Assembly (NCBI GenBank): GCA_947629565.1
Contig: CANREG010000004.1
Coordinates: 7,917-71,916, forward strand
Direction: 5' to 3'
Origin: an uncultured Lachnospiraceae bacterium
GTDB taxonomy: Bacteria > Bacillota > Clostridia > Lachnospirales > Lachnospiraceae
Length of the DNA stretch: 64,000 nucleotides
The notes beneath the pieces are model-generated. The model did not search any database, had not been told where the DNA came from, and saw nothing but the letters and a program-made list of their open reading frames with translations. Position numbers and translations under genes: made by a program. Below, piece by piece: positions 38,501 through 46,808 of this stretch; the stretch's first letter is position 1, and each line of letters opens with the position of its first letter.

Positions 38501-40932
38501 TTGCCAAATGTACGGTTACTGTTACCACGCCGGTAACAGGCGTGAAATTTATAGAAAATGCAGATAAGATAGAGTTAGAAGTAAATGAAACTTTTGATTT
38601 ATCCAAGAAATATGAAGTTATTCCGAAAGATGCGGATAATAAAGAGGTAAACTGGGAAAGCAGTGATGAGACAAAAGTAACAGTTACAGAGGAAGGTTTG
38701 GTGACTGCGGTAGGAAAGACAGATAAGGGCAAACCGGTAACGATAACAATCACCACAGTCGATGGGGACTATAAAGCGGAAAGTCAGGTTAGTGTTGTTG
38801 GCGTCAAGGTCACCGGTATTACATTGGAACAATCTACACTGTCTGTCAATGTTGTTGATAAGATTGATTTAAAGGAGGAGTTGGCTCCGAAGGTAGAACC
38901 GGCTACTGCCGATGATGCAACAATTACATGGAAATCTTCCGATACAGATGTAGCAGAGGTAGATGCATCAGGAATCTTAACGGCAAAGAAGGCAGGGGAG
39001 GCGGTTATTACAGCGCAGGCCGGTAATTGTACAGCAACCTGTACTGTTACCGTACAAAAGAACCCCCAGGCTACACCTTCCGTAACGCTTACGAAGGTTT
39101 CCCGAACCAGCTACAGCATCACGGTATCCGCTGCTTTATCATCAGCACAGGAGAACACAAGCGGGCAGTTAGAGTTATCAATTGATAGTGGCAAGTCATG
39201 GGAGAAGGTAGACGAGAAGAATCAGGTTACTTTTTCCGGCTTAAAGGAATTTACGCCATATACCGTCAAGGCGCGGCTGGCTGCAACGGATGCATATGAG
39301 GCAAGCGAACCGGCGAAAGAAGACCTGACAGTGTACACTCTGGTAAAGGATCCATATACGGTTGATGTATCCAAATTTGCAGATAAAGATATGGCTAAAG
39401 AGTATGCAGACGCCCTCCGTACAGCGGATAATAAAGAACCAACTGTTGCCTATGACGCAGACGAGAAGAAGCTTACTTTATCAGAACCCGGTGAGAAATA
39501 TACCATAACCGGCGATAATGAAGATCTAACCATTGTGACCGGCACAGGCAATTATGATATGACGTTAAAGGACGCCACAGTGAAAGAGGTGGAAGCGTCT
39601 GCCTCCGGCGCGGTGGATATGGAGATTCAGGGACAGGTAACTGTAAAAGACGGAGTTACCGCCTCCGGAGATACGGATATTACCATACACGGACAGAGCA
39701 GACAGGATAAGCTGACCACGCCTTTTGTCAGCACAGAGGGAGACCTTACCGTTAAGCAGGTAACGGTGGAGGCGGACGCTGCGCAGACAGAAAAACCGGC
39801 GTTGGCGGGCGATACGGTAACGATAGACGACGCCGCCGTAAATGCAGCCGGAGGAATCGGCAAACCAGCCGTAGAGGGCAATGAAGTAGATTTAAAGAAT
39901 AATCCGGAACTGCAATTAAAATCCGATGCGGGACAAAAAGGAATCGATGCGAAAGATATTGTAATTGAGGATAAGGCGGATGTTACTTTTTCCGGAGAGG
40001 AAAAGGATAAATATTCTGTTCCGCCGGTAGACTCAAACGGCAATCCGTATGAAGAGCAGAAGAACCCGGAGGAGCAGAAGGATCCGGTTAAACCACAGGA
40101 GCCTGCAGATGACAAGACAGCAATCACTTCCATCACGGTTTCCCTTCCGGCGGCAACCATGGAAGTAGGGGACGCAGTTAAGGCGACGGCGACGGTGCAG
40201 CCTGCAAATGCAGATAATGAGGTTTTGTGGTCCAGCTCTAATTCCAATGTATTGACGGTTTCAGATACGGGAATGGTGACGGCGATAGCGGCCGGAACGG
40301 CGGACGTGATTGCGACGGCCGCAGACGGCAGCGGGAAAAGCGGAAGATTCACAGTTACGGTAGTTGATACGGAAGAAGATGAGGATGATTCCGTGGAGGC
40401 CACGGGACTGGCAGTAACCGCTTCCGTAAAAGGCGCCGGAGAGATTCCGGTTAAGGGAACCATGAAGCTGGCCCTTAAAAAGAAGCTGACCTTGAATGTG
40501 GAATTTTTACCGGAGGATGCAGAGGAGGAAGACGTAACCTTTACCAGCAGCAATCCGAAGGTTGCCCAGGTCAACGACGAAGGCACGGTAACGGGAAAGA
40601 AAGCAGGAAAGGCTGTTATTACCGTGAAATCTGACAGCGGCCTTCAGAAAACGGTTAAGATTCAGGTGATGAAGAAACCTGTATCCAAGGTAAAGATTAA
40701 GGCATCAAAGACAACAATTAAGGTTAAAAAGACAGTTAAATTAAAGGCTGTGGTGACGCCAAATAAAAAACTGGCAAGCAATGGAATTTTCTGGAAATCA
40801 AGCAACCCGAAGATTGCCACGGTGTCAGCGTCCGGCGTGGTGAAGGGCGTTAAGAAGGGCAAGGTGAAGATTACGGCAGTTGCCACAGACGGCAGCGGCA
40901 AAAAGGCGACTGTAACCATTAAAATTAATTAA
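35503..40932 (+). CDS. giant secreted GH5 (cellulase-family) glycoside hydrolase with many Big_2 Ig-like domains
   Basis: 1809 aa with a signal peptide. GH5 motifs RGASTHGMHW, NVIFEICNEP (acid/base Glu) and PIFVTEFG (nucleophile Glu). At least 9 Big_2-type repeats (V.W.SS...VA.V...G.VTA...G.A.ITA). No LPXTG motif. Confidence 0.85.
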   Translation: MKKGAASMRNRISAWILTLVMIVGLVAVPAGEAQAEETPTWNLSVASGSSENSVTMVKNGFGEDYIGDVPFDTPSVAQSKSALQSNGITSMEVKLTVKSFTADSGSNAPSVMLYAQPGEDGKWEWNASDGVKLVADQQITLTYDFSGMNWGGGSTMGHLGIRFANCANGSTVSFTIDSAKLIGGGSQGGEIETGGNTSNEVTATITKLSGNSDWAEFNYSVTNGTDSPISGIQIKVPANGTVNNLKGFNCSAQYSGGYIIISHTKVLEAGTTYTCDVNTKFGFAGGASLGTPVVEFTYGEDGGGTSSGALNYELTGETKNVAFDETPVGKHGKLRLEQIKGYTAPVIVDENGEPFQLRGASTHGMHWEDAGGPFVNKGAFQSLRDEWGVNMVRLVSYVTQGGYTEGKSDVLDNKIQTGVEAATDLGMYVIIDWHIHHENPHDTKSKAQEFFTKYATMYKDYDNVIFEICNEPTGVEWYNGSGGDLYSYCKDIATTIRNCGSKALIVCGTNTWSQDVDDVAQKPLEKDGFENILYTFHFYSGSHYDNLMDKVRTATAAGTPIFVTEFGICDASGNTNFDTANADKWIALCDQNNISYCCWSLSNKNESASYLKPECGKTQGGWTEGDLATTGIWLVNTYRSHQDKEENTDTSKGEISVSIVPQSGQLDAVAEGYSDPGSFVITVTNSGNKELTDLSAAFGRGANTSFEITKNFESTTLDAGDTTTLEISLKNGKSAGTYSDSVIIKSGSMKKALNIKQEVSETIVPVESVTVTPAKLSMVKGDTSKLTATVLPAEATNKQVRWSSSAPEVAEVSADGTVTAVGTGEAKVTATTVDGGEKATCTVTVTNPIKDFTIEPTEVSLYVGESKTITVTPIPADADPYKVTWKSDAEGVAEVDADGKITAKAKGTAKITATIDSITKTCNVTVSVPLEGIQFEQAEVALKKGETTELNLIPEPEGAIIKSVKYTSEKPSVATVSSEGEVTAVASGTTTITAESEGKIAKCTVTVTTPVTGVKFIENADKIELEVNETFDLSKKYEVIPKDADNKEVNWESSDETKVTVTEEGLVTAVGKTDKGKPVTITITTVDGDYKAESQVSVVGVKVTGITLEQSTLSVNVVDKIDLKEELAPKVEPATADDATITWKSSDTDVAEVDASGILTAKKAGEAVITAQAGNCTATCTVTVQKNPQATPSVTLTKVSRTSYSITVSAALSSAQENTSGQLELSIDSGKSWEKVDEKNQVTFSGLKEFTPYTVKARLAATDAYEASEPAKEDLTVYTLVKDPYTVDVSKFADKDMAKEYADALRTADNKEPTVAYDADEKKLTLSEPGEKYTITGDNEDLTIVTGTGNYDMTLKDATVKEVEASASGAVDMEIQGQVTVKDGVTASGDTDITIHGQSRQDKLTTPFVSTEGDLTVKQVTVEADAAQTEKPALAGDTVTIDDAAVNAAGGIGKPAVEGNEVDLKNNPELQLKSDAGQKGIDAKDIVIEDKADVTFSGEEKDKYSVPPVDSNGNPYEEQKNPEEQKDPVKPQEPADDKTAITSITVSLPAATMEVGDAVKATATVQPANADNEVLWSSSNSNVLTVSDTGMVTAIAAGTADVIATAADGSGKSGRFTVTVVDTEEDEDDSVEATGLAVTASVKGAGEIPVKGTMKLALKKKLTLNVEFLPEDAEEEDVTFTSSNPKVAQVNDEGTVTGKKAGKAVITVKSDSGLQKTVKIQVMKKPVSKVKIKASKTTIKVKKTVKLKAVVTPNKKLASNGIFWKSSNPKIATVSASGVVKGVKKGKVKITAVATDGSGKKATVTIKIN

Positions 40933-41003
40933 AAATTAAGACTATAATATATATAACTTAGTTAAAAATTAACTAAATATTGGGTTATATACGTGTGGAA
41001 GCA

Positions 41004-41044
41004 GGAAAAAAAGCCGATATTTGAAGATATTCGGCTTTTTTCCT
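41004..41044 (+). terminator. intrinsic terminator after the GH5 gene
   Basis: GGAAAAAAAGCCGATAT-loop-ATATTCGGCTTTTTTCC, a stem with one bulge followed by a U-tract. Confidence 0.7.
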
Positions 41045-41072
41045 TGCAATTAAAGAGAACAAGTAGTATAAT
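41044..41072 (+). promoter_or_regulatory. sigma-A promoter of the 869-aa Fn3 protein gene
   Basis: TTGCAA (41044-41049), 17-nt spacer, TATAAT (41067-41072). Confidence 0.65.
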
Positions 41073-41132
41073 AATCACGTTGTAATTTATCAGACAGAGA
41101 AAAATTGTCTAATCACAAAAAGGAGGATAAGT

Positions 41133-43742
41133 ATGAAAAGACGCAAATTATTAACAGGTATTTCTACTGCAGCAGTCGCTTTGGCGCTGTGCATGGGAAT
41201 TACCGGTACGGTACAGGCGGCTAAGACAACTGACGCCAGTGCTGTACAGACAGAGGTAACACAGGTTGGCGCACCGGCGGCTCCTGCATTTTATTTAAGG
41301 CAGACGAAAGCCGTAGGCCAAAAGACAACAGGCTGGTATTTTGACTATAGCTTAGCTCCGGGGCATCAGTTATGGATTAATGTGTATGACCCCGCATACC
41401 CTACAAAAAGTGAAACCGGTGAATATAAAAAAGAGAGCATCGATAAGTTAGGCAGAGAATATTTTTATACTGACAATTATAGGAAGTACTATAATCAGAA
41501 TTATTCACCATATTTATTGTCGGCGTCTGACTTTACACCGGGTAAAAAGAGTGTTGTAGCATATGATTTTGATTCTGCTGGATATGAAGCAGCAGAAGCT
41601 ACTGTGGATGAGCGATATGAAGCTGCAGTGGAGGCATATGAAGCAGCATATGATGCATATTGGGATGGCGCCTCTCCCACTGCGCCAGTCTATCCGGAAT
41701 ACGAGGATTTTGAGCCGAAGATGGCTGATTATATAAGTCCGGCGTCTGCTCCGGTTTCTATTGAAGTGACGATGCAGGCTGGTTTAGATGCAGTTATTAA
41801 GTCAACATCTATCCAGCTGTCAATGACGGGTGAGGACAAAGCAACCGGTTTTGAAGTATACCGCAAGATTGGTAAGAAATTCAAAAAAGTTGCGACAGTG
41901 GCAAGCGATACATACGAGGATAAGGGGCTTCTTTCAAAGACAGAGTATTCTTATAAGGTTCGTCCGTATTATAAGAATCCATATACAGGCGTGATTACCT
42001 ATGGCAAATATACACAGAAAGAGTTTGTTACAAAGGGCAGCGCATTAAAGTTAAAGCTGGCTGTCAAGGGCAAGAAGAATGTGAAGCTTACCTGGAAAAA
42101 GGTAAGCGGCGCAGCAAAGTATGAAGTATATAGGAGAGCAAGTGGTTCTGCAAGTTCTGTTAAGGCTAAGGGTGAGTATGATGGATATGGTCAATGGCAA
42201 TTGTTAAAAACACTTGGCAAGAGCAAAAAGTCATATGTCGATAAGAAGACCGTGGCGAACGAAGACTACGAATACCTTGTGCGGGCTGTGCTTTCGGCTG
42301 ACAAGAAGGTAAAGGGCGATAAAACGATTACGGTAGAGGATGCGGTAAGTGTCAGCTTTGCTTTTGACGCACCTATGATGGATACCAGCTATGCAGATGC
42401 ATATGGTAATGTAACAGTAGAATGGGAAAAGGCTTATGGAATAGACGGCTATGCAATTTTGGCAAGCAGTCCTCTGATGAATGACGAAGGCGTACAGTAT
42501 AGTTGGTCTGCTTGGCAAGACACAGGTATCAGATTAGGCAAAAATGTTACTAAGCATAAATTTATGGTCCAGCAAATAGCGGCTAAGTCAAATCGTATTT
42601 ACTATGACGATGGCGAATATGATTACTACACTGTGACTCCTTACCAGAAAATATATTGTGTGCAGTATAAACTGGTTTCTTATAAAGGTAACCAGATAAG
42701 CGAGAACGGTATAGAGGTTTATCCGAGTGCAACTGCCGGATTAGTGAAGACTGTAACTGCCAAGCCGGTTGCCAATGGCGTACAGGTATCATGGACTCCG
42801 GTAGCAGGAGCATCATATTATAACGTATATCGTATTCCGGAAAAAAGATTATTGAAGAACAATGATATTGGCGGATATGAGCTTCCGAGCGGGGCTGAAT
42901 TAGTTACAGAGTATGTTGGGGCAGCCGCTCCTGTAGCAGTAGATGTGGCAGCATATAATGCTAAAATTGATGCAGACCGGGCAGCTAGAGAGGCTGGTAC
43001 TATTACACAAGGTCCATACTTGTATGAAAGTGATAAGCTTGATGCAACGAAAGCATATTATTATCAGAATTATTCATATGCGCAGACAAATATTGTAAAT
43101 ACTTCTATGATAGATTATTATGGAGATATTTATGCTTCAGGTTATAGGGGGATTAGTGATGGTGTCAATGAGTCACGTTATTATTTCCCAACCTATGAAA
43201 AGGAGGAAAGCAATCGGCCTCAAGAGGGCGTGAGTTATCAGTATTATGTAGTCGCATGTTTTGACTCAGCCAAGACTGCAGCTGATTATCCTAGCGCAGA
43301 ATCTTTTGCAAGCGCCTCTGAATTGTGGGGTATGGTACCGGGCACAACTACTGGTACTTTGGTTGGAACAAAAGTTCTTTGGAACAATCAACCTACTGTG
43401 AAAACAGCAGGCTGCGGCAAGGTTGGCCAGGCTACCTTTACTACTGTGAAGGCTCCGGGAAAGGTTAAGATTAAGTCTGTTAAGGCATCTAAGGGCGCCG
43501 TAACCATTAAGATTAAGAAGAAGGTAAAAGATGCAACTGGATATAAGATTTATCGTTCTACTAAGAAGAAGGGTAAATACTTATGTGTAGGCATAATGGC
43601 AAAGAAGAAGACCAGCTTCAAGGATACCGGATTAGAGAAGGGCAAGACTTATTACTACAAGGTTGTAGCAGTGTCTACTGCAGCATCCGGTGCGGATATT
43701 GAGGGCAAGGCTTCTAAGCCGAAATCTGTTAAGGTTAAATAA
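41133..43742 (+). CDS. secreted Fn3-repeat protein
   Basis: Signal peptide (..GTVQAAK). Several Fn3-like modules (GFEVYRK..YSYKVRPY; KYEVYRRASG; YYNVYRIP; GYKIYRST..YYYKVVAV). RBS AAAGGAGG. Confidence 0.75.
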   Translation: MKRRKLLTGISTAAVALALCMGITGTVQAAKTTDASAVQTEVTQVGAPAAPAFYLRQTKAVGQKTTGWYFDYSLAPGHQLWINVYDPAYPTKSETGEYKKESIDKLGREYFYTDNYRKYYNQNYSPYLLSASDFTPGKKSVVAYDFDSAGYEAAEATVDERYEAAVEAYEAAYDAYWDGASPTAPVYPEYEDFEPKMADYISPASAPVSIEVTMQAGLDAVIKSTSIQLSMTGEDKATGFEVYRKIGKKFKKVATVASDTYEDKGLLSKTEYSYKVRPYYKNPYTGVITYGKYTQKEFVTKGSALKLKLAVKGKKNVKLTWKKVSGAAKYEVYRRASGSASSVKAKGEYDGYGQWQLLKTLGKSKKSYVDKKTVANEDYEYLVRAVLSADKKVKGDKTITVEDAVSVSFAFDAPMMDTSYADAYGNVTVEWEKAYGIDGYAILASSPLMNDEGVQYSWSAWQDTGIRLGKNVTKHKFMVQQIAAKSNRIYYDDGEYDYYTVTPYQKIYCVQYKLVSYKGNQISENGIEVYPSATAGLVKTVTAKPVANGVQVSWTPVAGASYYNVYRIPEKRLLKNNDIGGYELPSGAELVTEYVGAAAPVAVDVAAYNAKIDADRAAREAGTITQGPYLYESDKLDATKAYYYQNYSYAQTNIVNTSMIDYYGDIYASGYRGISDGVNESRYYFPTYEKEESNRPQEGVSYQYYVVACFDSAKTAADYPSAESFASASELWGMVPGTTTGTLVGTKVLWNNQPTVKTAGCGKVGQATFTTVKAPGKVKIKSVKASKGAVTIKIKKKVKDATGYKIYRSTKKKGKYLCVGIMAKKKTSFKDTGLEKGKTYYYKVVAVSTAASGADIEGKASKPKSVKVK

Positions 43743-43795
43743 TTTAACCCGGATTTATAAAATAATCACAGAGTTAATTTAACACACAAATTATA

Positions 43796-43837
43796 TAGTG
43801 CCGCTGTGGCGTTCAGCCATGGCGGCACTATTTTTTT
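43796..43837 (+). terminator. intrinsic terminator
   Basis: TAGTGCCGC (43796-43804) pairs with GCGGCACTA (43822-43830), followed by TTTTTTT. Confidence 0.8.
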
Positions 43838-44090
43838 ATGCCGGAATCAATCTGTTTGAAATAAGGATGCCATAATTCTGCCAGCTTTAGGCAATGGGCG
43901 GTTCATATTAATGTATTACAATAAGATGTATTGTATTAACTGTTTTACAACTCTGCCCCCTTAGGCTTAAAATAAAAGTAACCGGAAAAGAAGGAAGAAA
44001 CGCTGAAGTGTTCGTTGGAGGAGGCCTGTAGAATAGCAGGCGCCAGCCTGAATGAATACGAGGCGGCCAAAGAGCTGCAGAAATGAAATG

Positions 44091-44114
44091 CCCGCCACTG
44101 ATAAGAGTGGCGGG
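44091..44114. terminator. 9-bp GC-rich hairpin downstream of the minus-strand membrane-protein gene
   Basis: CCCGCCACT-GATAAG-AGTGGCGGG. Both flanks are only moderately U-rich. Confidence 0.5.
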
Positions 44115-44149
44115 TATTTCACTTCCGGACATTCGATACAAGATAAGGA

Positions 44150-45628
44150 TTAATTGGAAGCAGCAAATAGGGCGGCAATCTCCTCCGGCGTAAGCTGCTT
44201 GTTAGGATCATTAGATATAGGTTGTATGTTGACCGGTTCTTTCTTTGGAGCCGGTTCAGCAGCAGCAAATAGGGCAGCAATCTCATCCGGCGTAAGCTGT
44301 TTGTTGGGATCATCGGATATAGGAGTTACAACTGGCTCCGGCGCTGTTTCTGCCTTTGGCTCTTTTTTGGGAGCAGGCTCGGCAGCAGCAAACAAAGCGG
44401 CAATTTCATCCGGTGAAAGCTGCTTGTTGGGATCATCCCCTAAATCGCCGATTGTCTTAAACGGTGTGGATTCCTCTACAGGCTCTTTTTCGGCTGCCGT
44501 ATTAGGAACAGTCGTTTCTGCGGGTTCTTCTATAGCTGCCGTATCAGGAATAGTCGTTTCTGCGGGTTCTTCTATAGCTGTTGTATCAGGAACAGTCGTT
44601 TCTGCAGATCCTTCCGTATCCTCTGCAATAAAGTCTGCAGCATTAGCATTGTCTTCCGCTGCTTCCTGTCCGTCAGATTTACCAACCACCGTAAAGGTAG
44701 GAGTAAATGCCTCTGCAGTTTCGGCAATATCGCTATTTTCTGTGTCTGCCGTGAAGGATTCTGAAGGCTCATCTTCATCGGCTGCCGCTTCGGTTATCGG
44801 TTCCTCCATTGTTTCTGCTGTTGGCTCTGCAATTGCTTTTTCTGTAGCTTCTGTCAGTTCGTCGGCTGCCGGTTCTGTAACCATATCCTCTGCCGGCGCT
44901 GCCTGCATGGTTTCAGGGGCAAAAGCATTTGGCATATTGCCCATTGGTTGTATATTGGAGGCAAACTGGATATGCTGGATGCTGTTGGACACATTTTGTA
45001 ATTCTCTTGCTATACTGTTAAGCTGTACGCCCATTTCTTGGTCCATGTTGCCGGATTGACTCTTTAAGTATTCTACAATATCTCCCAAAGTGTTGACGAT
45101 GTCCGAATTATCCGGCTGCAGCTGGTCAAATCCCTGTACCATTGTGTCGCTTAACTGGTTTCTCAAATCCTTAATGGTAGAAATCACCTTGGTAGTATTG
45201 CTCTGGTCATATTTAATCATCAGCTTGGTAGCTTTGTTGTGGGCGTTGGAAAGAGAAATCAGATTCTTATAGAGGGCTTCCTGGCTTTCACTGTAATTGT
45301 TCTCCAGAGTAGCCACGCTTTGAGCCGCCTTGCGGGTATACAGGTAGGTGGCTTTCCCAATCTGCGACTGCACGCCGCTCATGGCCTCAATCTGATTGGC
45401 AATGCCGTCTACGGAATTCTTTATCTGTACATTCAGGGATTTATTCCTCATGGTGGCAAAGGAAATAATGCTCTGTGTCAGAATAAAAGCGCAGATTAAA
45501 AATAATGCGCTCATGCCGATTACCGCAAAAAAAATATTGTGATACATAATCAAAGTATAGATTAATCCAATGCCGGACGTCAGGGTGGCCAGTACCCAGA
45601 CTGCAAGCTTATTGTCCTGTTTGCTCAT
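44150..45628 (-). CDS. membrane-anchored helical protein with an acidic low-complexity region and three C-terminal EIDAL-like repeats
   Basis: Two N-terminal TM helices, a helical domain of about 170 aa and an Ala/Glu/Thr/Pro-rich spacer. Then 3 repeats: DDPNKQL(S/T)P(D/E)EIAALFAA(A/S). RBS GGAGGG. Confidence 0.75.
   Translation of the reverse strand: MSKQDNKLAVWVLATLTSGIGLIYTLIMYHNIFFAVIGMSALFLICAFILTQSIISFATMRNKSLNVQIKNSVDGIANQIEAMSGVQSQIGKATYLYTRKAAQSVATLENNYSESQEALYKNLISLSNAHNKATKLMIKYDQSNTTKVISTIKDLRNQLSDTMVQGFDQLQPDNSDIVNTLGDIVEYLKSQSGNMDQEMGVQLNSIARELQNVSNSIQHIQFASNIQPMGNMPNAFAPETMQAAPAEDMVTEPAADELTEATEKAIAEPTAETMEEPITEAAADEDEPSESFTADTENSDIAETAEAFTPTFTVVGKSDGQEAAEDNANAADFIAEDTEGSAETTVPDTTAIEEPAETTIPDTAAIEEPAETTVPNTAAEKEPVEESTPFKTIGDLGDDPNKQLSPDEIAALFAAAEPAPKKEPKAETAPEPVVTPISDDPNKQLTPDEIAALFAAAEPAPKKEPVNIQPISNDPNKQLTPEEIAALFAASN
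44153..44455. repeat. coding repeats that specify the three DPNKQL(S/T)PxEIAALFAAA motifs
   Basis: GCAGCAAATAGGGC(G/A)GCAATCTC(C/A)TCCGG(C/T)G.AAGCTG.TTGTT.GGATCAT recurs three times on the plus strand. Confidence 0.85.
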
Positions 45629-45783
45629 AGTGTTTCCCTCCGTTATCGTAGCTTTCCTGATATAGCGTTATCATAATGTACAAATTATGCTATTTTCACT
45701 GGGTATATTATACATGAAAAATAAAAATTCGTAAAGAGAAACAATACGGAGGATAATGGGCTTGGCGTTCAGCGAGTTTTTAG

Positions 45784-45812
45784 TTGAATAGCAAACCGGG
45801 TTGGGGTATAAT
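45784..45812 (+). promoter_or_regulatory. sigma-A promoter of the cysQ-like gene
   Basis: TTGAAT (45784-45789), 17-nt spacer, TATAAT (45807-45812). Confidence 0.65.
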
Positions 45813-45880
45813 GTGTGCAAATCGGTTCTGCCTGTTTTGGCGCGGCATGTGTTGAGCGGAGCATGTGTTGAGCAGATAAT

Positions 45881-45910
45881 ATGCGGACTGTCCGCATTGC
45901 CGTTTATTTT
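45881..45910 (+). terminator. terminator-like hairpin inside the cysQ-like leader (possible attenuator)
   Basis: ATGCGGA-CTG-TCCGCAT, then TGCCGTTTATTTTT. It sits between the promoter and the RBS. Confidence 0.4.
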
Positions 45911-45940
45911 TGAAAATGGAATGTTAAAAGGAGAGGGATT

Positions 45941-46732
45941 ATGAATCAGAAAGAGGTATTACAGGTATTAAAGGAGCTGGCAGTAAAGGCCGGGTTAAAG
46001 ATTATGGAGATTTACAATACGGATTTTCAGGTGGATTACAAGGAGGATTCCTCGCCCCTGACGGCGGCGGACAAAGCCGCGAACGCCATTATTGTGGAGG
46101 GCTTGCAAAAGCATTTTCCGGACTGCGCCATTCTTTCCGAGGAGCTTAAGGATGACAAGAGCCGGAGGGACAACGACTATTGCTTTATTGTGGATCCTTT
46201 AGACGGCACGAAGGAATTTGTAAAGCGCAATGGGGAATTTACGGTTAATATTGCTCTGGTCTGCCGGCAAAAGCCCATAGTGGGGGTAATCTATGTGCCT
46301 GTGACAAAGGATTTATATTACGCCGCTAAGGAGGAGGGCGCCTATAAGCAGGACGGGGCAAACGGTAGCGTCAAGAGGCTTTCCGTATCGGATAAGCTGG
46401 ACCATTTAATCTGGGTGGGCAGCAAATCCCACTCCACAGAAAAGGAGGAAAATCTGATTGCCGCGCACCAAAACCGGATTTCAGAGACCATTTCTGCCGG
46501 GAGCTCCCTAAAAGGCTGTCTGGTGGCGGAGCAAAGGGCGGATGTGTATTACCGCTTCGGCCTTACCTGTGAATGGGATACGGCGGCCATGCATTGCATT
46601 GCGGAGACGGCGGGGGCCATTGTGCGGCAGATGGATAATACGGAGCTACTGTACAACCGAGAGAATACCTTGAACGACAAAGGCTTTTTCATTGTGAACC
46701 GCAGGGAGAATATATGGGTTGATATGGGTTGA
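45941..46732 (+). CDS. inositol-monophosphatase-family protein, 3'(2'),5'-bisphosphate nucleotidase (CysQ)-like
   Basis: Motifs ILSEE, VDPLDGTKEF and WDTAA. Confidence 0.8.
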   Translation: MNQKEVLQVLKELAVKAGLKIMEIYNTDFQVDYKEDSSPLTAADKAANAIIVEGLQKHFPDCAILSEELKDDKSRRDNDYCFIVDPLDGTKEFVKRNGEFTVNIALVCRQKPIVGVIYVPVTKDLYYAAKEEGAYKQDGANGSVKRLSVSDKLDHLIWVGSKSHSTEKEENLIAAHQNRISETISAGSSLKGCLVAEQRADVYYRFGLTCEWDTAAMHCIAETAGAIVRQMDNTELLYNRENTLNDKGFFIVNRRENIWVDMG

Positions 46733-46808
46733 AAATGGACGATGAATGGTGTATAGTCTATTATATAAGGGAAAAATAATAAATGTGTAGAAACAGGAGG
46801 TACGGATT

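Noticed and set aside
39627-40586. 319-aa minus-strand ORF inside the GH5/Big_2 gene, together with similar ORFs at 37494-38102 and 38301-38756.
   Set aside because: These are antisense shadow ORFs within a long, well-supported gene, with Ser/Thr/Ala/Val-rich nonsense composition.
43982-44086. 34-codon open stretch ending ...SLEEACRIAGASLNEYEAAKELQK*, directly followed by a hairpin. It looks like the C-terminal helix-turn-helix remnant of a small regulator.
   Set aside because: There is no ATG or GTG start and no RBS; only a weak internal TTG at 44015. It is too short to assign. It could be a gene remnant, but I cannot support it as a feature.
44154-45059. 301-aa plus-strand ORF antisense to the membrane/EIDAL-repeat gene.
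   Set aside because: It is a low-complexity Ser/Ala/Gly-rich mirror ORF generated by the repetitive GC-rich coding strand opposite. There is no RBS. The minus-strand gene has the TM helices, an RBS and a terminator.
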